52,389 nt of DNA from a virus (lineage: Duplodnaviria; Caudoviricetes), in the IMG/VR virus record IMGVR_UViG_3300037439_000020, positions 1 through 52,389 of that record, one strand, 5' to 3'. Each line of letters starts with the position of its first letter. The first letter of the stretch is position 1. Shown here piece after piece: positions 20,078-30,421 of this stretch. The notes beneath the pieces are model-generated. The model saw only the letters and a program-made list of their open reading frames with translations. It searched no databases and was not told where the DNA came from. The position numbers were made by a program, and so were the translations under genes.

Positions 20078-20497
20078 TTACTGACCGCCTTTACCCGGTG
20101 TCCATTCCCCGCCCTTGGCTTTCCGTGCGTCGCGCTCCTTTGCAATGGCATCGGCGACGCTAACACGTCCTTTCAACCGTTTTTCTGCGTTTTCAATCGC
20201 AATCAAATCTTCGTCGGATAGTTCTGAAAGATTCGCCTTGATATTTTCAACGCTATCATCAACCCAGCTTTCGGCGTCTTCAGCCGTCATGCCATCATCG
20301 TCATCATCGTCGCCATCGTCATCAGAAACCGGTTCGCGACGATCAACCGCGTTGGGGTCATCCGATTGATTGACCGCGACGCTGCCGCCGCCTTGTTCTG
20401 GCCAAACTTCTTTCGGAAGTCCGCCGTCTTCACGCGCCTTCTGTTCGTTAGCGCGCTGTTTTTCGCGCGCCGCTTGCCTTGCTGCTAATGACTTCAT
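20078..20497 (-). CDS. acidic hypothetical head-module protein
   Basis: ATG 20497 with AGGT upstream; the ORF-track start lies inside a terminator. Contains a poly-Asp tract. Confidence 0.65.
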   Translation of the reverse strand: MKSLAARQAAREKQRANEQKAREDGGLPKEVWPEQGGGSVAVNQSDDPNAVDRREPVSDDDGDDDDDDGMTAEDAESWVDDSVENIKANLSELSDEDLIAIENAEKRLKGRVSVADAIAKERDARKAKGGEWTPGKGGQ

Positions 20498-20547
20498 GAC
20501 TTTACCTGTTAACAAACTGTGAATTGTGTGAATAAGTTGAACGCAAG

Positions 20548-20575
20548 AAAAAAGCGGCAAGCGTTAACTTGCCGC
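20548..20575 (-). terminator. intrinsic terminator
   Basis: GCGGCAAG/CTTGCCGC stem followed by T6 on the - strand. Confidence 0.75.
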
Positions 20576-20749
20576 CATTGCTCCGGCGTTAACCAACTTC
20601 GTCAGCAACGCGTCAAATTGTGTTTTCAACGCTGCTACATCAGCCGCTGCCGCCGGTGCCTGATTTGGCATTTGCAGCGGAATGGATGGTTTCCCGCTAG
20701 CGTTTCGCTTGCGAGCATTTTTCAACGTTCGGGGTAAACCCTTGGCCAT
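20564..20749 (-). CDS. small head fibre/decoration-like protein
   Basis: GGAG RBS before MAKGLPRTL; C-terminal ADVAALKTQFDALLTKLVNAGAMAAS resembles head-fibre coiled segments. Confidence 0.6.
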   Translation of the reverse strand: MAKGLPRTLKNARKRNASGKPSIPLQMPNQAPAAAADVAALKTQFDALLTKLVNAGAMAAS

Positions 20750-20774
20750 TATCGTAACTCCTGCGTTTGGCTTC

Positions 20775-20811
20775 AAAAAGCGGCGGTCAGGGTATTTAAT
20801 CTAACCGCCGC
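20775..20811 (-). terminator. intrinsic terminator after the major capsid gene
   Basis: GCGGCGGTTAG/CTGACCGCCGC stem followed by T5. Confidence 0.8.
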
Positions 20812-20852
20812 CCGACTTCATTCAACGTCACCAGACCATGTATAACGCTGAA

Positions 20853-21878
20853 TTACGCCTTCGATAGCAGGAACGCCAACGGCACCTGTTTACGCGTCAC
20901 TACGCGGTTCCAATGCGCTGCAAGCGCAAGGTCCGCATTCGTCGGCGAAAACTCAGTAAGAGTGCCTTCAATCCATGCAAAACCAAACGGATGAAGAATC
21001 AACGTACGACGTTCGCCAATTTCTTCTTGACCGCCGCCATGCCCGGCTTGTTCAATACGATTAACCCATGTCGGATTCATCGGAATGCCCTCACCGATTG
21101 CGAACGCATGGCCTTCGACACCACCGAAGCCAAACGCACCGGCACCAAATAGCACCGACATAAAGACACGGTCCGCGCCCGTACCGCTGACAACCGGCAT
21201 AGAGTCATCCACAATCAGCCGTTTGCCACGATAATAGGTCACCGGACGGCCGGCGCTATCGGGAATGGTGTCAATCAAGTCGTTCTTATCCATCCTGGCG
21301 CGAACTTGCGAATGCACCGCCATTGCCACCAATCCACCATAGGCGTCGCCCATAGTGTTTTCGGCGTCAATAACCGATTCGGGCGTAAAGATACCGTCGT
21401 CAACTGCAGAAATGTTTGTGACCATGTCACCGGCGTCATTCGCGACGTTATCGGCATAGACGCCGCGCAACGTGGAAATCAATCGGCGTTGGTCGCGACG
21501 CGCCCAATACACACCAAAACGATTTCGAATTCGTTGCATCGGGTTAGAACCGGCCAGTTCGCTAACCAAGTCCATTGCAGAATAGCTTTGGTTGACGAAA
21601 CACTTGCGATACTCCATTTGCCCCGAACCAAGCTTGTTCGGAACGGCAAAATCTTCAGGGTCATCGTTCGATTGATTTTCCTCAATCGTCGGATCAAGGT
21701 CCAACCAAAACGGAATGGTACCCGTCTTGCCGCCAGCGCGGGCAATTGCATCAAGAATAGGATTCGTTTGGATGATGCCGGAATCAAAAAACGCCGTCAG
21801 TTCCGGGTTATTCAAAGCCGGGCGATAGCTTTGATAGACTTCGGGAATGACGGCATCGCTTAAGCGTACAACTGCCAT
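20853..21878 (-). CDS. major capsid protein
   Basis: 341 aa after the scaffold gene, GGAG RBS, downstream terminator; IPFWLDL, LIVDDSMP and LHPFGF patterns. Confidence 0.88.
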   Translation of the reverse strand: MAVVRLSDAVIPEVYQSYRPALNNPELTAFFDSGIIQTNPILDAIARAGGKTGTIPFWLDLDPTIEENQSNDDPEDFAVPNKLGSGQMEYRKCFVNQSYSAMDLVSELAGSNPMQRIRNRFGVYWARRDQRRLISTLRGVYADNVANDAGDMVTNISAVDDGIFTPESVIDAENTMGDAYGGLVAMAVHSQVRARMDKNDLIDTIPDSAGRPVTYYRGKRLIVDDSMPVVSGTGADRVFMSVLFGAGAFGFGGVEGHAFAIGEGIPMNPTWVNRIEQAGHGGGQEEIGERRTLILHPFGFAWIEGTLTEFSPTNADLALAAHWNRVVTRKQVPLAFLLSKA

Positions 21879-21889
21879 TGGTGGAACTC

Positions 21890-22591
21890 CTAGTTCGGTG
21901 GAAAAAGCCTGTAAAACTCTTCGCGGTTGGTACGGAACAGGTTCTTGCGTTCCTCTTCCGTATACTCTTCAGGCTTTTTGGCTCCACCGGAGCCCCTGTT
22001 GTTCCCGCCAGCACCGCTGCCGGAAGCCTTCGACCCGATGATGATAGGCGTAAAATCTTCGTTGTCAACGAAGGTCTGTTTCAACTCAGCCAACGTAGTT
22101 GCCGAAGGCTTGCCATCCTTGCCCAAGACGCGCGTAACAGGCTCGTCACCGTCCAAGTCTGCCGTCAACATTGCGCGTATGTGAGGAAGAATCAAATTTG
22201 GCTTCGTTGAAATTTCCGCCGCCATTGTTTGCGCAACATTATCAACTAGCAAACACGACAATTGATCATCTTTCTTTTTCAACTTCGCTTCAAACTCTTC
22301 TTTCTGTTTCTTTAACTTATCCTTGTATGAAGTTTCCAGCGCGTCAATGTCGCCCTTTTTCTTACTTCCTTTTTCCTCCAATTCTTCAAGACGCGTATTC
22401 AACGCTTCAAGTTGCTCTTTAAGTTCTTGGCGTTCTTGCTTCAAACGCTCATTAGCACGACGCAATTCTGGCGCAACGTCATCATCATCTTCAATATCAA
22501 GCTTGTAATGGTCTTCGTCAGACTTTTTGTAAAGCGCCTTAATGGCATCATCCAACGCTTCCCAATCAACTTTTTTAATCTTACGCTTCAT
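21890..22591 (-). CDS. capsid scaffolding protein
   Basis: Highly charged coiled coil with ASGSGAGG near the C-terminus; directly upstream of the capsid gene. Confidence 0.8.
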   Translation of the reverse strand: MKRKIKKVDWEALDDAIKALYKKSDEDHYKLDIEDDDDVAPELRRANERLKQERQELKEQLEALNTRLEELEEKGSKKKGDIDALETSYKDKLKKQKEEFEAKLKKKDDQLSCLLVDNVAQTMAAEISTKPNLILPHIRAMLTADLDGDEPVTRVLGKDGKPSATTLAELKQTFVDNEDFTPIIIGSKASGSGAGGNNRGSGGAKKPEEYTEEERKNLFRTNREEFYRLFPPN

Positions 22592-22637
22592 ACTACACCG
22601 TAGTTTAAAAGACTGGCACCGCCAGCCGTGGAGGAAA

Positions 22638-25508
22638 TCAAGCCGCTGTCAACGCGTCTTTTGTGGGCGCAAGCGGAGCGCCATTAATGTCATAGCCACC
22701 AATAGTTCTATTGTCATAAACCGGAACGGCAAGTTCGCGCACAACAATTGGTGTCTGACCGGCAGTCGAAACAAATGCATTCGTAAATGTGGAACCAATC
22801 AAGTCAAAGTTTTCGCTATCAATAACGTCAACTTCCCAAATGCCATTTGCTTCAAGAGTACCGTCAACTTCCTGAATCAAAATCCAATCGCCGTCAACCA
22901 AACCATGACCGTCAACCGCTTGCGATCCATTTGGCGTTACCGCCGTTGTTGTCAGGCTGCAAGTAATACGAATAGCACCGCTACCGTTATCCGCAACGCC
23001 AGTAATACGGGGTGTAAAATATGTTCCTGGTGTATAGTCGCCGACATAGCCGAACTGATAACGCACTTTAACCGCTGCGCCAGGATTTGAAGCGAGCGTT
23101 AAGCGAATTTGATTCGCACTGATTAGCTCGATGGTGTCAATCGAAAGCTTGGTAGCGAAATCATCCGCACTCACTTCGAAGCCTGACACTTTAGCACCGG
23201 AACGAAGAATACGCAGTGCCGAACCGCCGTTTTGCGCAATAGCTAATGTAATAACAGCACCTGAACGCGATGCCGACATAATTGACGGACCTTCAGCACT
23301 ATTGCCAACAGCCCCAAGCTTAGCGGCGTATGAATGCGCAACACGTGCGGCAAGCCGCTTGTATATAACGTGATTCTTGTGCGAATTCAGCGGAACGGCG
23401 TTTTCCCACATTGGCTGATAGTCATTGGCGAAGCCGCCCCAAAACACATTATTGTCACCGGCGGCATTCTTGCGTTCAACCCAATCTTTATAGGCCATAC
23501 GGAACGAATGAATACTTGCCGGAGACAATGCCGACATGATGCCGCCAACAGTACTAAAGCCTTCAATTCCAAATTTGAAATCGTTATTGGGAAACTCCGC
23601 TTTAAAGAAGTCATAAAGCGTACCGAGCAAACCCCAGCCTGTATATGATCCCAATGACCCTGAATCGCTGAAATACTCGTTTTGACCAATGTTAGCTTGG
23701 CCGTGTATCCAATGAATTGACCCGATTTTTCCGGTATGCTTAGCATGAAGAACAGTAACCGCTCCACCGGTGCCGACGCCGGCATAGGTGTATGAACTGA
23801 AATATTGAATTGCTGCCGCACCGACAGCGCGATTAATCAACATAACAGGCATTTGTAGCTGACTTGAAAGATAGTTTCCGATGACACTATGACCATCTGC
23901 AAGTCCCGGTTGCGTCGTTAAATTCGGAATGCGAATTTTCGGAGCAACTCGATACAAAAATCCGCCGCTTGTATAAGCGTTGGTGAAGACCGAACCATTC
24001 AGCAAAATCGTATTGTTACCGTTGACTGTAATAATCCATTCGCCATTGGCTTCTTCCGTTCCGCCAACGAATGACGCGCGCACACGTTGACCTGTTCTAG
24101 CACCATGCGAATATTCAGTTTGAAGTTGAATTTGACCGCCAACATTAGTAGCGCCAACAATGTTAACGTCTTCTTTGCCAACCCCGTTAATCAAATAACC
24201 AACACGTTGCGACTCTGACCATAAGCCGTTCGGCGCAACTGAATTAGTTCTAACACCACCAACAAGCGGATTACTGGCACCACTACCAATGTTATCCATT
24301 GACGATTGACCCATTAACAGCACAACTTCACCAACGCCAATGCGTAACGAAGTCGTCATGACATTCGCAGAAGGCACGCCATCGATAACTTTGCGCGTCT
24401 GAAACTTATACCAGCCGTTTCGAGCCGGAAGCGATATTTCACCAGACCAAACGCCGCCGCTAGGTGAAGCTGCAACAGTAGTCCAATTGCCAACTGAAAG
24501 ATTCGTTGCCGAATCAATCGGCAGTACTTGAATCGGTGCGGCGTCGCCAATGTATGTACCTGATAGCGGTACTGTCGCGCGATTATTTGACTCGCGTTGA
24601 TATACCTTACCGTCATGCGTTGGTATAATAAAAACAGCGTCGTTAACTTCGCTGTAACCTAAACCACTAGCGGCAAAATAATTTGAAGTTAAGAAACGAG
24701 TAGCATCAATGCCGTTAAGTGTGCCGGTCCAAGTAGCGTTAGGCGGACAATTCGGCATATGATAGTCTGTCACTGCCGGCGTTCCGAAAGTACCAGGGTC
24801 AGCACCGCGCGCAGTAGCATCAATTTGCGCGTCGGTCAATGCATATGAAACAAAAAACAACTTACGAATCTGACCATGCCATTTAAAACTTCCACTGCGA
24901 TCCTGACCAACCCAAGTATTAGTTGCACTCCCTGTAAGCACACCAAACGTACTGAATTCTTCAGCGACTTTAACCGGCGCATGACCCGGCCATTTCAACC
25001 ACATTTGAACTAATGAACCTACTTTACGAAGGCAAAAGAATACCGCCATACCTAATGGCGGGTTAAATTGCGAAGATATGCCGCGCGAACTCGTATTGGC
25101 AGAATTGGCACTAGATACAGCAAACAAGTTGCCGGCGCTGTCTTTGCCGGTCGCTGTAATAATTTCATTACCAGCGTAAATATGAAAATGGCCGTTCGCT
25201 GTATAGATACTTGACGTAGGACCGACACTAAAAACAATACCGTTTGCAAGTGATTTAATCCAAAAACCAAGCGTCCAATCAGCAGCAGGAAACGTTGTGC
25301 CAAACGAGTAACGATTAGAAGTGACAGTTGAATTTAACAACGTCGCCGCGTCCGTATTTACTGCTGGCAATGCCGCTGCAACGTCTGGTTCAACAGGTGG
25401 TTCGGGTTCACCGCCGTCGTCTTCGTTGCGGCGTCGACGGTCGCGCTGATAGTCATAGTATTCTAACCATTCGCGAATAGAACGCGGACGTAAAACAAAC
25501 TTTCCCAT
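22638..25508 (-). CDS. multidomain LamG-like / SGNH (sialate O-acetylesterase-like) protein
   Basis: WTLGFWIK...GQIRKL..ALTDAQI (LamG-like); GVGEVVLLMGQSSM and WIHGQAN (SGNH blocks); two copies of an HG..G......GT.EANG.W...FTNA repeat. Confidence 0.65.
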   Translation of the reverse strand: MGKFVLRPRSIREWLEYYDYQRDRRRRNEDDGGEPEPPVEPDVAAALPAVNTDAATLLNSTVTSNRYSFGTTFPAADWTLGFWIKSLANGIVFSVGPTSSIYTANGHFHIYAGNEIITATGKDSAGNLFAVSSANSANTSSRGISSQFNPPLGMAVFFCLRKVGSLVQMWLKWPGHAPVKVAEEFSTFGVLTGSATNTWVGQDRSGSFKWHGQIRKLFFVSYALTDAQIDATARGADPGTFGTPAVTDYHMPNCPPNATWTGTLNGIDATRFLTSNYFAASGLGYSEVNDAVFIIPTHDGKVYQRESNNRATVPLSGTYIGDAAPIQVLPIDSATNLSVGNWTTVAASPSGGVWSGEISLPARNGWYKFQTRKVIDGVPSANVMTTSLRIGVGEVVLLMGQSSMDNIGSGASNPLVGGVRTNSVAPNGLWSESQRVGYLINGVGKEDVNIVGATNVGGQIQLQTEYSHGARTGQRVRASFVGGTEEANGEWIITVNGNNTILLNGSVFTNAYTSGGFLYRVAPKIRIPNLTTQPGLADGHSVIGNYLSSQLQMPVMLINRAVGAAAIQYFSSYTYAGVGTGGAVTVLHAKHTGKIGSIHWIHGQANIGQNEYFSDSGSLGSYTGWGLLGTLYDFFKAEFPNNDFKFGIEGFSTVGGIMSALSPASIHSFRMAYKDWVERKNAAGDNNVFWGGFANDYQPMWENAVPLNSHKNHVIYKRLAARVAHSYAAKLGAVGNSAEGPSIMSASRSGAVITLAIAQNGGSALRILRSGAKVSGFEVSADDFATKLSIDTIELISANQIRLTLASNPGAAVKVRYQFGYVGDYTPGTYFTPRITGVADNGSGAIRITCSLTTTAVTPNGSQAVDGHGLVDGDWILIQEVDGTLEANGIWEVDVIDSENFDLIGSTFTNAFVSTAGQTPIVVRELAVPVYDNRTIGGYDINGAPLAPTKDALTAA

Positions 25509-25510
25509 AG

Positions 25511-26452
25511 TCAGTCACCGTCAATAATTAAGTCAACGGAATTTCTAAAATCACTAGTTGTCAATCGCATCGGATTAGCTAGCTTCATTAAATCAGCGGC
25601 TTTCACTCGATTAGCGCGCAACATGCCAGCAGTTTTTGTACCTAATGCAATGTTTTGAATTGCATTGCCTTGACGACTCAAAAAACTAAAAAACGTTTCA
25701 GCTCTACTGTTCTGTCCTTCTTCATGCGGCGTTATCAGTGACCTGCAATTAATATGCGCTGGCGGAAGCGGACCTTCGCCATACTTAAACATTTTATTGT
25801 TTCGGCTATGACAAACATCAGTTGTTGCAGAGTCAATAACCGATATCCAACGGTAACGCCCAAACTTACCAACAGCATAACTTTGCGACACCATTGACGC
25901 AATGTGTTGAATATTTGTATTAGTAACGGCGTTCGATTGAAAGCGAATCTTGTTTAACGTCGCTTCAATATCTTGTACAGTCTGATGTTTCGTCTTGGCA
26001 TTCGCATACGCTTTGCGAATCATGTTTTCAATCTGAACTGTACCAGTCGCAGCAAACGACTTAACAAATACGCCCACAAATACACCATTCGCGCCTATCG
26101 GCTCCGATTGGATAGCGGACCAAATGCGCGGCGCTTTCTTCGGTTCGACTTCATAGACAGCGGTCAGGACTTCGCCCAATGCTTCGGCAAAGTCGCGCAT
26201 TTCATCGTTCAACGCTCCGACATAGCCGGCATAAACGCTTATTTGCAACTTGTGAATCTTGCCAACCAGCAATTCAAGTTCGCGCTTAGTTAGGCTATCC
26301 AAGCTTTCAGTTTTAACAGCATATACCAGCGCATTTATCTGCTCCGATAGTTCAGCAAAAACAGGATTAAAGAGCAACTGAAAGTTGACCTTTACGGCTT
26401 CTATCAGCAATTGCAGCCTGACAGAAGCGTCATATAAATCGCGGCTGGCCAT
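25511..26452 (-). CDS. minor head / head morphogenesis protein (SPP1 gp7, Mu gpF family)
   Basis: WISVIDSATTDVC...PPAHINCRS; follows the portal gene. Confidence 0.88.
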   Translation of the reverse strand: MASRDLYDASVRLQLLIEAVKVNFQLLFNPVFAELSEQINALVYAVKTESLDSLTKRELELLVGKIHKLQISVYAGYVGALNDEMRDFAEALGEVLTAVYEVEPKKAPRIWSAIQSEPIGANGVFVGVFVKSFAATGTVQIENMIRKAYANAKTKHQTVQDIEATLNKIRFQSNAVTNTNIQHIASMVSQSYAVGKFGRYRWISVIDSATTDVCHSRNNKMFKYGEGPLPPAHINCRSLITPHEEGQNSRAETFFSFLSRQGNAIQNIALGTKTAGMLRANRVKAADLMKLANPMRLTTSDFRNSVDLIIDGD

Positions 26453-28008
26453 TATGCAGCCGGCGGCGGCGAATTTTTGGTAACGGCTTTCGTTGTCTCG
26501 CCTATTTCTAATGCGGCGTTCTCAATCGCCTTCTGTTGATCAGCGTCAATCTCCGCTTTGGCTATTTCATCAGTCTGTGATGTAACGCCGTTCTTTCTGA
26601 GTACAGCGCGCATTTCAGTCCAGCTAATTGCGCCGTCAACCCAAGACTTGATAATTGCCGCCCGGTCAGCGGCTGACAGCTTCGCCAAGTTGAAGTCAGT
26701 ATTCAATTCGTACTTGATACCGGTTTCAGGTACGTTTTGAAACACCGCGCACCATTCCAAAGACCATTGCAGCGCCTTTGAAACGTTCTTGGCAATCGCT
26801 ACTAGCGTTGAATCCTCGCTAGAGTCTTCAAGCACGGCTTCCGTCGCGGTCCGTTGCGTTTCGCGTTGTTCAACTAGCTTGGCACCAAGCGCGACCATTT
26901 GACGTTCTTTGTGCTCCATCGCCTGAAACGCCATGGTTGATTCAGCAACCTGCAATATATCAGCGCCGCAATCCTTCGGCAGCGGCAAGCCGCTACGGGA
27001 ACCTATCGGAATTTCTTTGCCTAGAATTTCCCTATACCAATCTTCCGTCAGACCGGTAACAACGATAGTCGGCTGACCGATGATATAAACCATTTCTTCA
27101 TAGTCGGCACTGTTTCGGTAATGCGCTATGTTCAGGTCCGCCATATCATAAAGCGGCGGCGGATCAATCGTCGGTTCATTGTTTCGAGAGCCGAAGAACG
27201 TAAAAGGAATTTCGTCAAGTACGTTGCCCGCGCCGTCTTTCGGAAAGTAAGGATTGCCAAACTTTTCATAGTCCTTAGCCGTTGGGTTTTTCGTTCCTTC
27301 CTTCGGTCGCCATAGCTGAACGCGGTACATCATACCGACGACGCTAGGCAGCAAACGCAATTCGCGATACTGAATACCAGTTTCCGTTGCGAAGCCGTCA
27401 TCGCCGGTGGTATAGGATTCTTTCAGCACAACTAACGACAGCAACACACGCGAACCAATCGTAATAGTTCGCCAATTAATAATAGACGTTGCTTGGTAAA
27501 CGCTAATCGTCGGTCGAATGTTGCCGGTGACCTGTTCGGCTTTGCTGGTTGCTGTTCCTTCGCGCGGCGGGTAGTCAGTAAAGATACCGCCGCGACCGCA
27601 ACCGATAGCCTGCCAAACCGCGTCACGCGCCGTCTGTTCCAACGATATGCCACCGCCGTTAGAGTCAGTCACAACCTGTTCAAGCGCTTTCGGATATTCA
27701 ACAACCGGCGCACGGCTGAAGATTTCACCAAGTAAACCTAGTGCCGTCCGTTGCGTGACGTTATAAAATACCGCTCGTTTCAAATAGGCGTCAAACCGGT
27801 CAAGGTTCTTTTGCGTCTTGTTACTGGCATCAGGACGCGGTAAATAGATATCGCCTTTGTTCTTGACTGTCTCGCTTCCTTCAAGACAGTCGTTAATAAG
27901 CGTATAAGCTGAAAACTTCTTAGCCAAGTCGGCACGAATGAAAGTCACGCCGTCATTTACTGCGGTTGACGCTGTAATAGGCGCATTATCGATCACTTCA
28001 AATGCCAT
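26452..28008 (-). CDS. portal protein (DUF4055-like)
   Basis: YLKRAVFYN, IINWR, PPLYDMADLNIAHYRNSADYEE and TATEA; follows the large terminase. Confidence 0.88.
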   Translation of the reverse strand: MAFEVIDNAPITASTAVNDGVTFIRADLAKKFSAYTLINDCLEGSETVKNKGDIYLPRPDASNKTQKNLDRFDAYLKRAVFYNVTQRTALGLLGEIFSRAPVVEYPKALEQVVTDSNGGGISLEQTARDAVWQAIGCGRGGIFTDYPPREGTATSKAEQVTGNIRPTISVYQATSIINWRTITIGSRVLLSLVVLKESYTTGDDGFATETGIQYRELRLLPSVVGMMYRVQLWRPKEGTKNPTAKDYEKFGNPYFPKDGAGNVLDEIPFTFFGSRNNEPTIDPPPLYDMADLNIAHYRNSADYEEMVYIIGQPTIVVTGLTEDWYREILGKEIPIGSRSGLPLPKDCGADILQVAESTMAFQAMEHKERQMVALGAKLVEQRETQRTATEAVLEDSSEDSTLVAIAKNVSKALQWSLEWCAVFQNVPETGIKYELNTDFNLAKLSAADRAAIIKSWVDGAISWTEMRAVLRKNGVTSQTDEIAKAEIDADQQKAIENAALEIGETTKAVTKNSPPPAA

Positions 28009-28019
28009 GTTGTTGCTTC

Positions 28020-29675
28020 CTAAAATGCCTTTACCCGAATCTTACCTTGAGCGTTCTTGTTGCCAGCTAGACAGCGATACTTGATAACGTCATAAGCGTG
28101 ATTTTCATATTCGTTTTCGGCTTCATCCGGTTTCTCTTCGCTTCGCGGGATTGGCGGAACTAGCTCAATGGTGGCCGGACAATCGCGCGTGACGTATAGC
28201 GCTTTTCCTTCCTTGAGTAAAGCAGCTTCAAGCCGATCACGTATAACCTGCAACCCCATTGCGTTGCTTCCCTTAGATTTATCTGACTCAGTCCATTTGA
28301 CACCTTCGGCAGACATTTTGACTTCAATGGTTTCATTCGAAACATCCAACACATTTCGAATCTGATTGTCAGCCGGACCGGCAGACGGCTGACGTAATAT
28401 CAACTTACGTTCTAACCAACCTATTTCGCGCTTCTTAATTCCTTTCGCTATCATCGTCGGTGACATTTTCGCACCTTTGTTGGTGCCTATCATCGGCTTT
28501 CCTGTCACGTCATCCTTCGCACAAATATACCATTCGCGAAACGCTATCAAGCTTCCGGCAGGAGGCGCAAATATAGAGCCGTCAGGCAACTTCGCTTCTT
28601 CGCCGTTTGCTTGTGCAAACCAAATGACACAAGCTGGAGTCGAACTTCCCCAATCGAAAGCGCGATCAATATGCCATTCTTTCGGCGGAACGAAATTAGC
28701 CGGCAGAATATGAACGTTGTCATTCCAAAGATCATCAATAGCGCCGCCCGTCGTTACACTCCAGTCACCAAGCAACCAAGCGCGGCGCAAGTTCGGGTCT
28801 TTGATAGACTTCAGCCAAGCTACATACTTCGGATCAATAAAGCGGTTCTCCCGCCATGATCCGAATATATGAACATGGGTCATTTCAACCCATTCTTCTT
28901 TTTGCGTTTGCGGATTATAGACTTCCGTGCGTGTCGTGACAACTTCACCGGGTTCGCCAACGTCAACCATATCACGCTTAACCCAAGAACGTCCGCGCCC
29001 GCTTGGGTTAGTAGTATTGAAGACTTCTAGCGGAATCTTCGGAAGCGGCTTGCCGTTGCTGGTGAAGTAACGACGCCAAACGCGGTCAATGCCTTCGATA
29101 GCTCCGAGCGTATGCGCCGAAACAACTTCATGCGGCGTATGTTCTTCAGGCAGGAATGACGAACGATTGGTTGATAGTAACTTATAATATAAGTCACCGG
29201 TGCCATGCTTAGTCAGTTCGTTGAACCCTATAAACGGGTATTCGTGACCGTGAAACGCATCGTAATCTTCAAGCTTCTTTGCATGACGAAATAACAATTC
29301 TTCGCCAGTCGGCCAGACCCATTTGTATTCGCTGGCGCTGCTAATCCATTTCGCGCCGTCACCAAATGCTTCAAAAAAACGTTTTGATTGCTGAACAATA
29401 TCAGCTAAATTTTTAAACTCGCGATCAAAAATAACACCGCGCCAAAATTTGCCATACCCTAGCCCGACACGGCGGCGAAAGCGCATCAATTGAACAGCAG
29501 TCTTACCGACGCCGCGCGTTCCGTGATAAAGTGTCGAATGACACCGGGAGTCAAGCGCCAAATCTTGACTTGTTCCGCGTATTGGTTCCCAAATAACTTT
29601 ATGCGCCGCCGCTTCTTCTGGCGTCGGTTGCGGCGGCAGCGTTTCCTTAATTGCTTCTTTAAGCGCCGCTGACAT
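28020..29675 (-). CDS. terL: terminase large subunit
   Basis: GTRGVGKT Walker A, FIGFNE Walker B, TTNPSG, AWLLGDW, and nuclease motifs FDWGS and HAYD. Confidence 0.93.
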   Translation of the reverse strand: MSAALKEAIKETLPPQPTPEEAAAHKVIWEPIRGTSQDLALDSRCHSTLYHGTRGVGKTAVQLMRFRRRVGLGYGKFWRGVIFDREFKNLADIVQQSKRFFEAFGDGAKWISSASEYKWVWPTGEELLFRHAKKLEDYDAFHGHEYPFIGFNELTKHGTGDLYYKLLSTNRSSFLPEEHTPHEVVSAHTLGAIEGIDRVWRRYFTSNGKPLPKIPLEVFNTTNPSGRGRSWVKRDMVDVGEPGEVVTTRTEVYNPQTQKEEWVEMTHVHIFGSWRENRFIDPKYVAWLKSIKDPNLRRAWLLGDWSVTTGGAIDDLWNDNVHILPANFVPPKEWHIDRAFDWGSSTPACVIWFAQANGEEAKLPDGSIFAPPAGSLIAFREWYICAKDDVTGKPMIGTNKGAKMSPTMIAKGIKKREIGWLERKLILRQPSAGPADNQIRNVLDVSNETIEVKMSAEGVKWTESDKSKGSNAMGLQVIRDRLEAALLKEGKALYVTRDCPATIELVPPIPRSEEKPDEAENEYENHAYDVIKYRCLAGNKNAQGKIRVKAF

Positions 29676-30231
29676 GCTCTATAACTTCAGCTTCAGCTTG
29701 AATTTCAGCTTTCAAACGCTTCTGTTGATTTCTTAACTTGTCCGACCATTCAGCGTCATTGCCATGATCATATACAACCATAACGTTATGTTGAACATTA
29801 TTATTTTGAACGTTGTTTTGAACACTAACTTGCGGCTTTTCAATAAACCCGCGAATTTCGGCGTATAGCTTCAGTGCCTTAAGCCGGTCTTCGGTAAACC
29901 TCGCTTCGTCGCGCGCCATATTCCAAGCCAGCCGCGCCGCGTCCGCCTTTGTCGGAAGAAAAGTTATTTCGCCTTCAGCGTCAGTCAGTGACTTCTGAAG
30001 TTCGATCACAACCGGATCACGTGGCCACATAGACGCGACTTCTAGCGCGCGGCCGGTGTCGTCGGGATACAGGATAAGCGCGACTTTGAACGGCTCGTTT
30101 TCGCGAAGCATCAATTCCGCAAAGCGTTCCTTCTTCGCTAGAATCTCTTCGTCGGTCTCAATCGCGCGGACGCCGGGCCGCAGGGGCTCCGGATTCAACG
30201 GCATCGGCGCAAATGTTGCTAACAATTTCAT
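29659..30231 (-). CDS. terminase small subunit (putative)
   Basis: Overlaps the start of terL; helical, with an N/Q/V-rich C-terminal strand. Start uncertain. Confidence 0.65.
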   Translation of the reverse strand: MKLLATFAPMPLNPEPLRPGVRAIETDEEILAKKERFAELMLRENEPFKVALILYPDDTGRALEVASMWPRDPVVIELQKSLTDAEGEITFLPTKADAARLAWNMARDEARFTEDRLKALKLYAEIRGFIEKPQVSVQNNVQNNNVQHNVMVVYDHGNDAEWSDKLRNQQKRLKAEIQAEAEVIEHVSGA

Positions 30232-30421
30232 TGTGGGCCAAAATAGCTTTCACAGTGCCCGGCGTCAATCGATCTTCGCGGCTAATCATGATCGGCTTGG
30301 CCCATTCGCAAGAAGTATCAATCACGCGTGTAACGGTCACGCAACCGCTGTTCAGCGTCACTATCAGACAAACCGTCAACAACGTCTTGAATAGACTTTG
30401 CTTTGTTAACCAAGTCATCAT
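30158..30421 (-). CDS. o-spanin (Rz1-like lipoprotein)
   Basis: Hydrophobic signal with lipobox LNSG-C; overlaps the 3' part of the i-spanin in another frame. Confidence 0.75.
   Translation of the reverse strand: MMTWLTKQSLFKTLLTVCLIVTLNSGCVTVTRVIDTSCEWAKPIMISREDRLTPGTVKAILAHNEIVSNICADAVESGAPAARRPRD

Noticed and set aside
21306-23090. Long antisense ORFs (185 aa at 21306, 182 aa at 22542) and similar shadow ORFs elsewhere
   Set aside because: They lie opposite well-supported genes, lack RBSs and motifs, and are explained by codon bias.
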